Shown piece after piece: positions 27,708 to 37,526 of a stretch of 64,000 nt of DNA. The stretch's first letter is position 1. Each line of letters begins with the position of its first letter. Source of the stretch: Desulfurococcales archaeon (lineage in GTDB: Archaea; Thermoproteota; Thermoprotei_A; Sulfolobales; Desulfurococcaceae); NCBI GenBank assembly GCA_027022365.1, contig JALVYU010000031.1, positions 160,001 through 224,000 on the forward strand, read 5' to 3'. A program made the position numbers and the translations under genes. The notes beneath the pieces were generated by a model, which saw nothing but the letters and a program-made list of their open reading frames with translations, searched no databases and was not told the DNA's origin.

Positions 27708-28715
27708 ATGGCGAAGATACATATACTGGGAGCCGAGAGTCTAGGTGTCAGAGGTTTATCCTGCTACGTGGAGAACGGTGACCATAAAATATTGATCGAT
27801 CCGGGTGTGGCCCTAGGATACACTCGGTGGGGGCTACATCCTCATCCACTACAGGCAGTCGTAGGATATATTGTCCGCTCAAAAATAGCAAGGTTTTGGA
27901 GAGATGCTGACTATGTGGTCTTCACACATATGCATGGTGATCATATACCTCTCTATAACGCGAACCCCTTCCAGCTAGACCTATACATGCTAGACCAGCA
28001 TGGCGGGAAAAAGATCATAGCGCCTTCACCTCATATACTCAGCACGAAGGAGAAAATTAGGCTCGAGAAAATACGCGAAATATATCATGAGAAACTAATA
28101 ACGGTCGACTGGAGGGCGGCTGAGATAGGCCCGGTCAAAGTTTATGGTCCTTATCCTCATGGTCTCAGCCGTTCCGGAGTATATGCCGTGTACGTTGATA
28201 GTGATCTATCAGTACTTCATCTCAGTGATACAGGACTGCTTGTTGAAGACGTCATAAGTCTAGTAAGGGATCTTAGGCCGGACATAGTCGTGACCGATGG
28301 TCCACCCATATATCGTTACATGCACGACAAAGGAATGGCTAATGATCTACTGGTAAAGGCAAGACAGAACCTAGAGCGAATGATCGGTTATGCTGACAAA
28401 GTAATAGTAGATCATCATATCAATAGATGTGATGAAGGATATCAATGGATAAACGGTGTTAGTAGAGAATATTGCTGTATTATGACCGCGGCAGAGTACA
28501 TGGGAGAAAAACCCCTAATGCTGGAGTCATGGAGGAGGACACTATATAGGCTACTACCTGAGGATAATTATTGGTTCCGGGAAAACTATCGGGAAACAAT
28601 AGAGAAATACAGAGTAATACTTCGTGAGCTTATCACGAGTATTAGAAACGATACGAAGCAGTCAAATGAAGCATCATTCTCCCTCCTGCTCAGCAAAATC
28701 CTCGCCAAGAAATAA
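27708..28715 (+). CDS. MBL-fold metallo-hydrolase (UPF0282-like)
   Basis: AESLGVRG, IDPGVALG, THMHGDH, PHG, HLSD, DGPP, DHH. Confidence 0.85.
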   Translation: MAKIHILGAESLGVRGLSCYVENGDHKILIDPGVALGYTRWGLHPHPLQAVVGYIVRSKIARFWRDADYVVFTHMHGDHIPLYNANPFQLDLYMLDQHGGKKIIAPSPHILSTKEKIRLEKIREIYHEKLITVDWRAAEIGPVKVYGPYPHGLSRSGVYAVYVDSDLSVLHLSDTGLLVEDVISLVRDLRPDIVVTDGPPIYRYMHDKGMANDLLVKARQNLERMIGYADKVIVDHHINRCDEGYQWINGVSREYCCIMTAAEYMGEKPLMLESWRRTLYRLLPEDNYWFRENYRETIEKYRVILRELITSIRNDTKQSNEASFSLLLSKILAKK

Positions 28716-29264
28716 TCTTTGAGCGTTTTTTCTGAAAACCTCGTCGATCCTGTAGAGATACATGTAGTTCTTATGTATCAACATGTTCTTGCTTGAAAAG
28801 CCCTTAATTTCACCTGATCTTATCTTGGCAGTGACGGGCACATAGACCTGCTCGATAATTTCGGTTGATGCCTTCAATGGATTATCACCAAAAGTATTCA
28901 GAATAATGTAGAGCGCCCCATTGATCTCTTTCTCATCAATATCATAGTAAACAGTGTCCCTAAGCCTCCCAGCAGGCCAGAACAACTGTACCCCTATCCT
29001 CTTAACTGCCCTAACGGCTATCTCTTTCTTCTTATCAAGACACCACTTGTACGCGTCAAGCAACAGCTTCAGAGCCTCATCGCCAGTGTATGCGGGCTCA
29101 ACAGCCTCGTTCTCCACGGATTCGCCGCCGACAGGATATATCATGAGCATTCTCCGAGCAGGCAATAATGTTTTATCCATGAAGTAGGCATCAAGAAGAT
29201 AATAGTTTTCCGCTATCTTGGCTTTATAGCATGGTATCAAGACACGCTTCTTAGTCCCGAACAA
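28674..29264 (-). CDS. hypothetical protein, paralog of 16962..17588
   Basis: Shares the motifs listed for the paralog. Confidence 0.7.
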   Translation of the reverse strand: MFGTKKRVLIPCYKAKIAENYYLLDAYFMDKTLLPARRMLMIYPVGGESVENEAVEPAYTGDEALKLLLDAYKWCLDKKKEIAVRAVKRIGVQLFWPAGRLRDTVYYDIDEKEINGALYIILNTFGDNPLKASTEIIEQVYVPVTAKIRSGEIKGFSSKNMLIHKNYMYLYRIDEVFRKNAQRLFLGEDFAEQEGE

Positions 29265-29339
29265 CCCCTATTCACCAACGGGTATAAAATCCCGTGTTTT
29301 TATCTACTCATAATACTAATTTATACCGGGTATTAAGCA

Positions 29340-29702
29340 TTGGAGGCAAAGAAGCAGAGAGTCATGCTTAGGATAAACTATGAGGATAAGACCCATTATA
29401 CTGAAGCTATTCTTCATCCCCAGGGATATATGAAGGCAAAATATACTCACCTAGACATACCTGCCGATAAGGCTCCCGAGATCCTTGTCGACCTATCAAG
29501 GATAAGGGGGATAAGGATTCCGTGTAGGTTCGATGATAACTGTATAATACTAGTTATATCGGGCCTGTCCACGATAAGGATATGTGTCGAAAACTATCGC
29601 ATAATGTGTAGAGAGCATGTTTGGCTCTCTAAAAAGAAAGACGGAATGATATATGTTGGCCCTATAAAGGCCTCTTCTATTTGGAAAAAGGATGTTCTTT
29701 AA
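29340..29702 (+). CDS. hypothetical protein
   Basis: 120-aa ORF directly upstream of rpiA on the same strand; no family recognised. Confidence 0.6.
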   Translation: MEAKKQRVMLRINYEDKTHYTEAILHPQGYMKAKYTHLDIPADKAPEILVDLSRIRGIRIPCRFDDNCIILVISGLSTIRICVENYRIMCREHVWLSKKKDGMIYVGPIKASSIWKKDVL

Positions 29703-29726
29703 AATATGAAGAAGCATTAAGATCTA

Positions 29727-30449
29727 ATGGTGAACGGGTTGGATGAAGTCGAGAAAGCCAAGCTTATGGCTGCGAAACATGCTTTCAAACTAATACATCC
29801 AAGCCACAGAGTCATAGGTATGGGAACCGGCTCCACCGTCGAAAAATTCATTCAGATCTTAGGAGAAAAACGGGAGCTATTCCATGACAAAGTCTTTATA
29901 GCATCAAGTATAGACACTGCCCTAAAACTCAGAGAACATGGTTTCAGAGTGGTTAGTGCAGCGACTATCGATAAGATCGACATATATATTGATGGGGCGG
30001 ACGAAGTAGATCCCGAAATGAACATGATCAAGGGTGGTGGAGCAGCTCATGTACTCGAGAAAATACTAGCCTATAATGCTGGAACAAGAATCTTCATTGT
30101 AGACTACACAAAACTCGTAAGTCGTCTCGGCGAGAAACACCCAGTACCAGTGGAAGTTCTACCTGAGGCGCTACTCCTTGTTTATCGAAGGATCAAGGAA
30201 CTCGGGCTCCGAGCAGGCATAAGAAAGAGCAGAGGAGGCAAATACGGCGTAGTTGTCAGCGACACGAGAGGCATAATAATAGACGTTCATCTCGACAAGC
30301 CATTTGATGTAGTTAAGCTTGACAGAGCTCTGCATGAAATACCAGGAGTTGTTGGAACGGGTTTTTTCATAGGTTTGGCGGACAAAGTTATTGTCGGGTA
30401 CCCTGATCATGTTGAGGTAATCGAAAAACCCATGAGAACAAGGCATTAA
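29727..30449 (+). CDS. rpiA: ribose-5-phosphate isomerase A
   Basis: GMGTGST, DGADEVD, KGGGAA...EK, PVEV. Confidence 0.96.
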   Translation: MVNGLDEVEKAKLMAAKHAFKLIHPSHRVIGMGTGSTVEKFIQILGEKRELFHDKVFIASSIDTALKLREHGFRVVSAATIDKIDIYIDGADEVDPEMNMIKGGGAAHVLEKILAYNAGTRIFIVDYTKLVSRLGEKHPVPVEVLPEALLLVYRRIKELGLRAGIRKSRGGKYGVVVSDTRGIIIDVHLDKPFDVVKLDRALHEIPGVVGTGFFIGLADKVIVGYPDHVEVIEKPMRTRH

Positions 30450-30565
30450 ATCAGTGATTATCGGTTTTGAATACGTTTTTTAGATTTGGTTATAATAAGA
30501 ATTATCTACCCGCGCCACCGATGGCTATAGCTCATAAAATACTATGACCAACGCTGATTCGGTGG

Positions 30566-31129
30566 TTGTGTTTGTACAATAAATCACAAATTCTATTAGC
30601 AATAATTCTGTTTAGTATAGGGGCTGCTCTCGGAACTATAGGCAGTGTATCATTGCCCATAGGCCTCGGTGTAACGGGTTTCTGGCCTGCAGTAATCGTC
30701 CAGGTCGCTGGCGGAATATGGCTTGGTGCATTAGGAGTAGTTGTGGGTGCCCTTTTCCCGTTTATAAGCAATACTTATGCCGGGGCCCCGCTCATCGTAT
30801 CCTTCCTTTATCTGCCTTCAAACATAGTTCAGGGCCTTATACCCTATCTTGTGTTTAAGAAATTAGGTTTGGATCCAGCGCTAAGGAGTCTGAGGAGCCT
30901 GGTCCACTTTCTATGGAGCGGGGTTTTCGTTAACAATGCTCTAGGCGCAATATTAGCCACGTCCATGATTATGGTTTCCGGACTACAACTATTCGCCAAC
31001 CCATACTTATTCGCACGAACATGGTTTCTAGGCAACACTATACCAATGCTCTTTATCGGGCCTCCAACATTGATGATCCTGTCACCGCTCCTTGAAAGAA
31101 TAGGTGTGATCCCTAGAAGATCTCCATAG
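30566..31129 (+). CDS. small integral membrane protein (ECF S-component/MASE1-like)
   Basis: About 5-6 TM helices in 187 aa; FWPA..Q..GG.W.G..G, W..GN. Start may be the TTG at 30572. Confidence 0.6.
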   Translation: MCLYNKSQILLAIILFSIGAALGTIGSVSLPIGLGVTGFWPAVIVQVAGGIWLGALGVVVGALFPFISNTYAGAPLIVSFLYLPSNIVQGLIPYLVFKKLGLDPALRSLRSLVHFLWSGVFVNNALGAILATSMIMVSGLQLFANPYLFARTWFLGNTIPMLFIGPPTLMILSPLLERIGVIPRRSP

Positions 31130-31194
31130 GGAAAAACGATTTTTCCGAAAAGAAGCTATTCTATTAACAACAACGACACTACGGTGTAATAATA

Positions 31195-32685
31195 TTGTAC
31201 CGAACAATAATCATCGGTGCAGGCATAACCGGGTTATCGATAGCACGATGGCTGACAAGATACAGGGGCCTACAAGTCATTGTTATCGATAAAGAACCCG
31301 ATGTTGGATGGGGTGTGACAAAAGCCAATACATCCATCATACATCCCTGCCACGAGGAACACCCGGACAAACACCCTCTCCGCTCAAAACTATGTCTTGA
31401 AGGCCATAATCTATGGTATAAATGGGTTAAAGAACTCGAGATACCGGCCAAATGGCCCGGCGAGATAATAGTGGCGACAAACGACGAGGAGCTCAAAGGC
31501 CTACACAAATATATAGACTACGCTTACAGGATAGGTGTTCCCGGAGTAAGGCTAATTGATCGAGGGGAAATGCTGAGGCTCGAACCATGGATTAATCCCG
31601 ATGCAATCGGAGGTCTATATGCCCCCACGGCCGGGACCATAAATCCTATGATGGCCGCAATAGCTATTGCTGAGAACATAGTTGACAATGGAGGCAAGCT
31701 TCTCCTAGGTACTAGGGTTGAAGACATTGTTGTAAGAGACGGTAAAGTAGTTGCCGTAGAGACCAGTAAGGGCGGGATCGAAGCCGATATCGTTGTTAAT
31801 GCTGCAGGGCTATATGCTGACAAGATAAGCAGGATGGCCGGTATAGACGATTACAGCATACATCCTAGGCGGGGACAGTACCTATTGTTTAGCGACAGAG
31901 TAGACGTCAAACCTAACAAGATACTCCACACAGCCCCAACTCCAAAGACGAAAGGAGTATACGCAATAACAACTGTTGATGGCAATCTACTCATAGGGCC
32001 GACAGCCGAGGACCTTCCAGAAGAAGCAAGAGAAGAGAATACGACAACGCATCAAGGCTTAGACTTCATCTATGAGATGGCGTCGAGGATACTGAGGAAA
32101 CTACCGCCTAGAAACAAGGTTGTTAAAACATTTGCTGGTCTAAGACCAGAGCCCAGCACCGGGACATTTATTATAAGATTCCATGAAAAGCCGTGGGGCT
32201 TCGTAGAAGCAGCCGGGATCAGGAGCCCCGGCCTCACAGCCGCACCAGCAATAGGAAAACATGTTTCAAAACTCATAATCGAGAGACTGGAGAATATCGA
32301 GCCTAGAAAGGACTGGAGAAGCAAGAGACAAGCCATACCACGCCCAGCGTACATGGCTCCCCGTGAGAGGGATAAACTGATACGTGAGAACCCGGACTAT
32401 GGCTGGATAATATGTGTCTGCAGAAAAGTAAGCCTTGGAGAGATCATGGAGGCGGTCAAGAGGATGAAAAAGATAGGTGTGCCCGAGATAACCCTCGACG
32501 GTATAAAGTTTAGGACGCACAGCATGTACGGGGATTGCCAGGGCAGCCAGTGCCGTCCACACATAGCATACCTTCTCTGGAAACGCCTAGGAATACAGCC
32601 CTGGAGGATCACCACTAAGGGTGACGGTTCAAAATATGCTTTCACCGAAGTCAAAGCCCTCCTACGGGGTGATCGTGGTGCCTGA
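31195..32685 (+). CDS. glpA: FAD-dependent glycerol-3-phosphate dehydrogenase-like oxidoreductase with C-terminal BFD-like Cys domain
   Basis: IIGAGITG, TKANTSIIH, NAAGLYAD, FAGLRP, SPGLTAAPA, ICVCR...G.CQG..C; first gene of the typical three-gene G3PDH operon. Confidence 0.8.
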   Translation: MYRTIIIGAGITGLSIARWLTRYRGLQVIVIDKEPDVGWGVTKANTSIIHPCHEEHPDKHPLRSKLCLEGHNLWYKWVKELEIPAKWPGEIIVATNDEELKGLHKYIDYAYRIGVPGVRLIDRGEMLRLEPWINPDAIGGLYAPTAGTINPMMAAIAIAENIVDNGGKLLLGTRVEDIVVRDGKVVAVETSKGGIEADIVVNAAGLYADKISRMAGIDDYSIHPRRGQYLLFSDRVDVKPNKILHTAPTPKTKGVYAITTVDGNLLIGPTAEDLPEEAREENTTTHQGLDFIYEMASRILRKLPPRNKVVKTFAGLRPEPSTGTFIIRFHEKPWGFVEAAGIRSPGLTAAPAIGKHVSKLIIERLENIEPRKDWRSKRQAIPRPAYMAPRERDKLIRENPDYGWIICVCRKVSLGEIMEAVKRMKKIGVPEITLDGIKFRTHSMYGDCQGSQCRPHIAYLLWKRLGIQPWRITTKGDGSKYAFTEVKALLRGDRGA

Positions 32686-33949
32686 CAGGATAACCAAGAA
32701 GGATTACGATACAGTAGTGATCGGTGGAGGCCCGGCAGGACTAGCAGCGGCACTCAAGGCACGGGAGAAAGGCCTAGAAACACTAGTGGTTGAAACCAGA
32801 GATAGGCTCGGAGGCATACCACTACAGTGCATACACCCGGGTTTTGGTATACATTATTTTAAGGAGGACATGACGGGGCCTGAGTTCGTCTACAGGTTCA
32901 TAGATAAACTATTATCAACGGATATAGACTACACGGTCAAATCCTACGTTAACATGGCCGAATACGTGTCCCCCATGGAGAAAAAGCTAGAGATCATAAC
33001 ACCCTACGGTACAGAGATAGTTAGAACAAAGACAATAATCTACGCGGCTGGAGCGAGGGAGAGAACCAGGTACGAGATAGGGATAACCGGGCCAAACCCA
33101 GCGGGGATCATGACCGCCGGGGAAGCACAGACGCTCATGGATATGTACGGGGTCATGCCGGGGAAGAAAATATTGATCGTGGGAAGCGGCGATGTAGGGC
33201 TCATAATGGCAAGAAGATTCGTTCTCGAAGGAGCCGAAGTCGTCGGAGTAGTCGAGATACTGCCTTATCCAAGCGGGCTAATTAGGAACGTCCAACAATG
33301 CCTCAAAGACTATGGAATACCGCTCCTGCTAAGCCACATGGTTATCTCGGTTAAACAACGTAATGGGAGAGTATCATCCGCAGTAGTAGTCAAGGTGGAC
33401 GAGAACTTCAAGCCTATACAAGGGACTGAAAATGAGATAGAATGCGATACGATAGTAATAGCGGCCGGGCTGAAGCCACGGACAAAATTACTGGAAAGCC
33501 TAGGAGCACAGATAGACCCCAGGACAAAAGGACCCGTAGTTAACGAATACTTCGAGACAACTATCCCAGGCGTTTTTGCCGCTGGGAATGCGCTGATAAT
33601 AAACGACTATGTAGACTATGCCGTCGAACAGGGAGAACTAGCTGCACTAGCAGCCACCAAGTACGTGGACGAGAAAGGTATCAGGATAAAGAAGCCTGTC
33701 AAGATTGTTCTAGGTAGAAACATGAGGCTAATCGTACCCCAGATGCTAACGCTGACGAGCGATGCCCTATTCTATGGACGGGTTGCAAGGCCTGAGGACA
33801 ATGTTTGGCTGAGCTTCAAGGAAATAGGTTTCAAGATTCCACAGCTCAAAGTCTTGCCGAGCATAATGATACGCCAAAAGATAAGGCTAGACAAGCTCAG
33901 GATGCTCGAGACCGATACGTTAACAGTGGAGGTGATACCACGTGACTAG
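32678..33949 (+). CDS. NAD(P)/FAD-dependent oxidoreductase (G3PDH partner subunit)
   Basis: GGGPAG, GGIPLQCIH.GFG, TGPEF, GARER, GSGDVGLIMARR, GVFAAGN; GTG start at 32678 after a GGGGTGA SD. Confidence 0.88.
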   Translation: MPDRITKKDYDTVVIGGGPAGLAAALKAREKGLETLVVETRDRLGGIPLQCIHPGFGIHYFKEDMTGPEFVYRFIDKLLSTDIDYTVKSYVNMAEYVSPMEKKLEIITPYGTEIVRTKTIIYAAGARERTRYEIGITGPNPAGIMTAGEAQTLMDMYGVMPGKKILIVGSGDVGLIMARRFVLEGAEVVGVVEILPYPSGLIRNVQQCLKDYGIPLLLSHMVISVKQRNGRVSSAVVVKVDENFKPIQGTENEIECDTIVIAAGLKPRTKLLESLGAQIDPRTKGPVVNEYFETTIPGVFAAGNALIINDYVDYAVEQGELAALAATKYVDEKGIRIKKPVKIVLGRNMRLIVPQMLTLTSDALFYGRVARPEDNVWLSFKEIGFKIPQLKVLPSIMIRQKIRLDKLRMLETDTLTVEVIPRD

Positions 33950-34319
33950 GCAGGTCAAGAAAATAATATGCATTGTGTGTCCAAGAGGATGCGAGATAAC
34001 CGTCGAGCTTGAAGACGGGAAAATAAAGAGTATAAAGGGCTACTCATGCCCCCTAGGCAAGCAGTACGCGGAGAAAGAAGTAGTGAACCCCGAGAGAATA
34101 CTTATGAGCATAGTTGAATGTGTTGGAGGAGACCTCCCAGTAGTAAGCGTTAAAACAGCCAAACCTATACCCCTCTCTAGAATGATAGAGGCGTCAAAAG
34201 CACTTGCTGACATAGCAGTAAAGGCCCCCGTGGAAATAGGTGATAAGATCTTTGAGAACCTATTAGGGCTCGGCGTCGATGTCATCGCCACAAGGCCTTG
34301 TCATGAACAGAGAGGATAA
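33942..34319 (+). CDS. DUF1667 CxxC metal-binding protein (G3PDH operon small subunit)
   Basis: CIVCPRGC, GYSCPLG..YA..E...PER, SVKT..PIP. Confidence 0.88.
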   Translation: MTRQVKKIICIVCPRGCEITVELEDGKIKSIKGYSCPLGKQYAEKEVVNPERILMSIVECVGGDLPVVSVKTAKPIPLSRMIEASKALADIAVKAPVEIGDKIFENLLGLGVDVIATRPCHEQRG

Positions 34320-34328
34320 TAGTGTTCA

Positions 34329-35324
34329 CTATTTAATTATTTGTTTGCATTCATTGGGTGCACTTAGAGCTAAATCGATTGGATCTAATCCTGTTAAACG
34401 GGCAATTCCAGGATATACTACTGCACAAACCGGTTTAACAAGCTGAGGCTTTACTATAATATTAAGACATTTTCTCGACGCTATATCCTTGAATAAATGT
34501 TCTACTAGATCTTTTGAGCCATTGTAAAATCCGCCGACGATACCGGCTTCAATAGCCCCACTGAGACCGAGTCTCCTGGCAGCTGCCCAGATATGATTTA
34601 CGGCATCCTCGGCGACAGAGTGAATGATGCTACATGCAATCTTGTCATTTTCCCTGCAAGCCTTGACTACATAGGGTGCGAATCCGGCGATAATGCTTTT
34701 TGGATCATTTGATGAATAAATATGATCAATTATGTCATATATATTATTCGTACCCATGTACTCCATAAGGAGGGATAATAGAATAGTTTCGCCTCCCCTA
34801 CCGTCATAATACTCGAGAGCTGCTGTAATCCCATCTCTGCCAACACGGTACGCTCCCGCTTTATCGTTGAATAAATGTCCCCAACCACCCACAAGAACCG
34901 TTCTCCCTTCGTGGACACCTAAACAACTGCTCCCAGTACCCATTATCAGTACTATCCCTTCACCCTTCGGGAAACATGATAGCAGAGATGCATAAATATC
35001 GTGATAAACATCAATACGGGCATTGACAAAGTGCTTCCTAAATAGTTCAACATATCTTTGGACGTATTTCCCCCACCCAGTATAGGCCGCGCTTACCCCT
35101 ATAACCGAGACATCCAGTGGAGAAATATTGGCTTGATGAATAATCTCTAGTGCAGCATCCAATATGTTTCTTAACGCATTATCCCATCCAATACTCGCTG
35201 GATTGCCAGATCCTTTCTCCGAGATACCTATGACTAATTGATGTTCATCCATAAATTTTATCAGGACAGCCCTTGTAAGTGTTCCTCCAGCATCTATTCC
35301 TAATGCATAAAATATATTATTCAT
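34329..35324 (-). CDS. BadF/BadG/BcrA/BcrD-family sugar kinase (GlcNAc/MurNAc kinase-like)
   Basis: GIDAGGTLT, GSGNP, HD, GTGS, GGWGHLFND..GAY..G, IAGFAP; start at MNNIF (35324). Confidence 0.85.
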   Translation of the reverse strand: MNNIFYALGIDAGGTLTRAVLIKFMDEHQLVIGISEKGSGNPASIGWDNALRNILDAALEIIHQANISPLDVSVIGVSAAYTGWGKYVQRYVELFRKHFVNARIDVYHDIYASLLSCFPKGEGIVLIMGTGSSCLGVHEGRTVLVGGWGHLFNDKAGAYRVGRDGITAALEYYDGRGGETILLSLLMEYMGTNNIYDIIDHIYSSNDPKSIIAGFAPYVVKACRENDKIACSIIHSVAEDAVNHIWAAARRLGLSGAIEAGIVGGFYNGSKDLVEHLFKDIASRKCLNIIVKPQLVKPVCAVVYPGIARLTGLDPIDLALSAPNECKQIIK

Positions 35325-35505
35325 CTCCACAATGTGCACCCTTCGAGGATTCAGCAATAAACTTGTCTTCAATCTTACTGTAAATATTGTTTGTGTAATA
35401 AGGATGTAATAATATTATTAACCTCACTGTTTTACTACGCAATAAAACACTATATTCAAAACAAATGAAGTGTGCGTATACTAAATATGTGTTTGAGGGA
35501 TACAG

Positions 35506-36717
35506 TTGATCCTAGGATTATGGATTCATCCTTGGGACCTTATAGAGTATGGCATCGAAGAAACATTTGCTCTCGCTGAATCCCTAGGAATAAATCATCT
35601 AAGCCTACCAGTGAGATACATTGAGGAAAGACAAGCATACCCGGGAACCTCAATAATTTACAGAAACAACAAGAACAGGACATATCTGAGCATACGTGGC
35701 GGAGTCTATTGGAGACCTGAACCTAAATATTATGAAGATATTCCAGAGAAGTACAGGCCCCATTTAACATCTGACAAAGATATAGTGAAACAGTTCAGAG
35801 AAACAGCTACCAGTTATAGTGTAAAGCCCGTTTATTGGCTACCCGTCTTACGATGGGATAAGCTAGCGGGAGATTACCCAGAACTCGCCGTTAAGGACCT
35901 TTACGATCATGTAGCAGGCTACAAGGCCCAATTCCTGTGTCCCTCGAACCCCATTGTTAGGAAACTAGTGCTAGGTGTTATAGAAGAGCTATGTACACGG
36001 TATGAGGCCGAGGAAATAGAACTGGACTATATCAGGTATCCCGAGCCAGTTACATATTCTGTTTCTCCTCTTCATATGTTGGCCCAGATGCCGTGTCACT
36101 GCGGATATTGTAGGAAGAAATATTATGAGAAAGGAATTGATCTTGAGCTCCTCGAGGAAAAGCTCAAAGAGCTCGTTGAGCTTGCTGTTGAGGCTGAAGA
36201 CAAGACAGGAAGCGTTTGCGGGAAAAACGTGCCAGAATGTTGGGAGACAGTAGCCTCTATGGGATGGTATCTGTTGGGTGTTAGGACGCCGGAAGTATAT
36301 AAATGGCTTAAAGCCAGAGCTGAGATTATAGCTGAACTCGTGGCTGAGATAAAGGAGAAAACGAAGAGTTACGGAGTCGAGCTCTCAGCCGATATGACTC
36401 CCCCGAGTTTCAGCTGGATCGTTGGACAGGACTACGAACTGTTCTCACCAAACCTAGACCGGGTAAAGGTAATGGTTTATACGGAGCCCTTCCGCAGGTA
36501 CCCGGAGAAAATACCCTTAGATCTATATCTAGCCAAGAAACTGGGTTGCGGAGTACAATTAGTTGCTGGAATATCACTGTGGCCGCCCTCAACACCGCAG
36601 ACCATAGAGCGCGATGTAGAGCTGTCACGTCCCTACGTAGATGGTTTTTACGGTTATTGTTTCGGCTGGGCCCCGTTCAAGAACCTCGAGACCTTTACGG
36701 TTAAGGCCCGGAGGTGA
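35506..36717 (+). CDS. cytoplasmic GHL10/DUF187-like TIM-barrel glycoside hydrolase
   Basis: FLCPSNP.VR, ELDYIRYPEP, CHCGYC, GQDY, VMVY; no signal peptide. Confidence 0.65.
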   Translation: MILGLWIHPWDLIEYGIEETFALAESLGINHLSLPVRYIEERQAYPGTSIIYRNNKNRTYLSIRGGVYWRPEPKYYEDIPEKYRPHLTSDKDIVKQFRETATSYSVKPVYWLPVLRWDKLAGDYPELAVKDLYDHVAGYKAQFLCPSNPIVRKLVLGVIEELCTRYEAEEIELDYIRYPEPVTYSVSPLHMLAQMPCHCGYCRKKYYEKGIDLELLEEKLKELVELAVEAEDKTGSVCGKNVPECWETVASMGWYLLGVRTPEVYKWLKARAEIIAELVAEIKEKTKSYGVELSADMTPPSFSWIVGQDYELFSPNLDRVKVMVYTEPFRRYPEKIPLDLYLAKKLGCGVQLVAGISLWPPSTPQTIERDVELSRPYVDGFYGYCFGWAPFKNLETFTVKARR

Positions 36718-37526
36718 GGTCCCCCATGTTCAAGCTCGGAATAAATACTTGGAGTTACCCCAAAACTCTTTCTCTCGAAAAACAGATCGCTCATGCCGCT
36801 AAGACGGGGTTCGAGGCATTCGAGCCCCCGCTGACCCAGGAGGATCTAGAATTACATAGTAAGGGAGAGCTCAGAAAGAAGTGGAAGGCTATAAGAGAAG
36901 CAGCGGAGACCCACGGGATCAAGATACCCAGTGTTGCTACCGGTCTCTACTGGAGATACAATTGGGCGATTGAGCCTGATAAGGCTTTAAAAGTGCTTGA
37001 AGCAGAAGCACATGCCGCCAATACTGTCGGGGCGGACCTTATTCTAGTTGTTCCAGGAACAGGTGTGCCGGAGTTAGGATACGAGGAAATGATTGAGAGG
37101 GTTGCGTCGTCTCTAGGGAAGGCGGAGAAGATCGTTAGGAATTACGGCGTCAGAGTAGGGCTCGAGAATGTATGGAATAGATTCCTTGCAGGCCCTCTCG
37201 AGTTCAGAATGTTGCTTGATAAGTTAGACCCTGACGTTTTCGGCGCTTACTTCGACGCCGGCAATACGTTGCCTCATAGCCTGCCCGAGCACTGGATAAG
37301 AGTGCTTGGCAAAAGGATATTCCAGGTTCACGTCAAAGGCTTTAGCATGGCAGAGCTTAGATTCGGTATACCGTTATTTGGAGATATTAATTGGAAGCAG
37401 GTAAGAAGAGCCCTCGAGGAGATAGGTTATCAGGGCTATGTATTAGCGGAGGTGCCTCCTTACAGAGGGGATCCATACAAGGCTGTCGAGGACACATATA
37501 CCAGCTTGAAGAAGATCTTCGGCTAG
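36714..37526 (+). CDS. sugar phosphate isomerase/epimerase (AP endonuclease 2 TIM barrel)
   Basis: GFEAFE, LVVPG, GLENVWN, YFDAGN, HVKGF, GDINW, GY.GY..AE. Confidence 0.88.
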   Translation: MRSPMFKLGINTWSYPKTLSLEKQIAHAAKTGFEAFEPPLTQEDLELHSKGELRKKWKAIREAAETHGIKIPSVATGLYWRYNWAIEPDKALKVLEAEAHAANTVGADLILVVPGTGVPELGYEEMIERVASSLGKAEKIVRNYGVRVGLENVWNRFLAGPLEFRMLLDKLDPDVFGAYFDAGNTLPHSLPEHWIRVLGKRIFQVHVKGFSMAELRFGIPLFGDINWKQVRRALEEIGYQGYVLAEVPPYRGDPYKAVEDTYTSLKKIFG

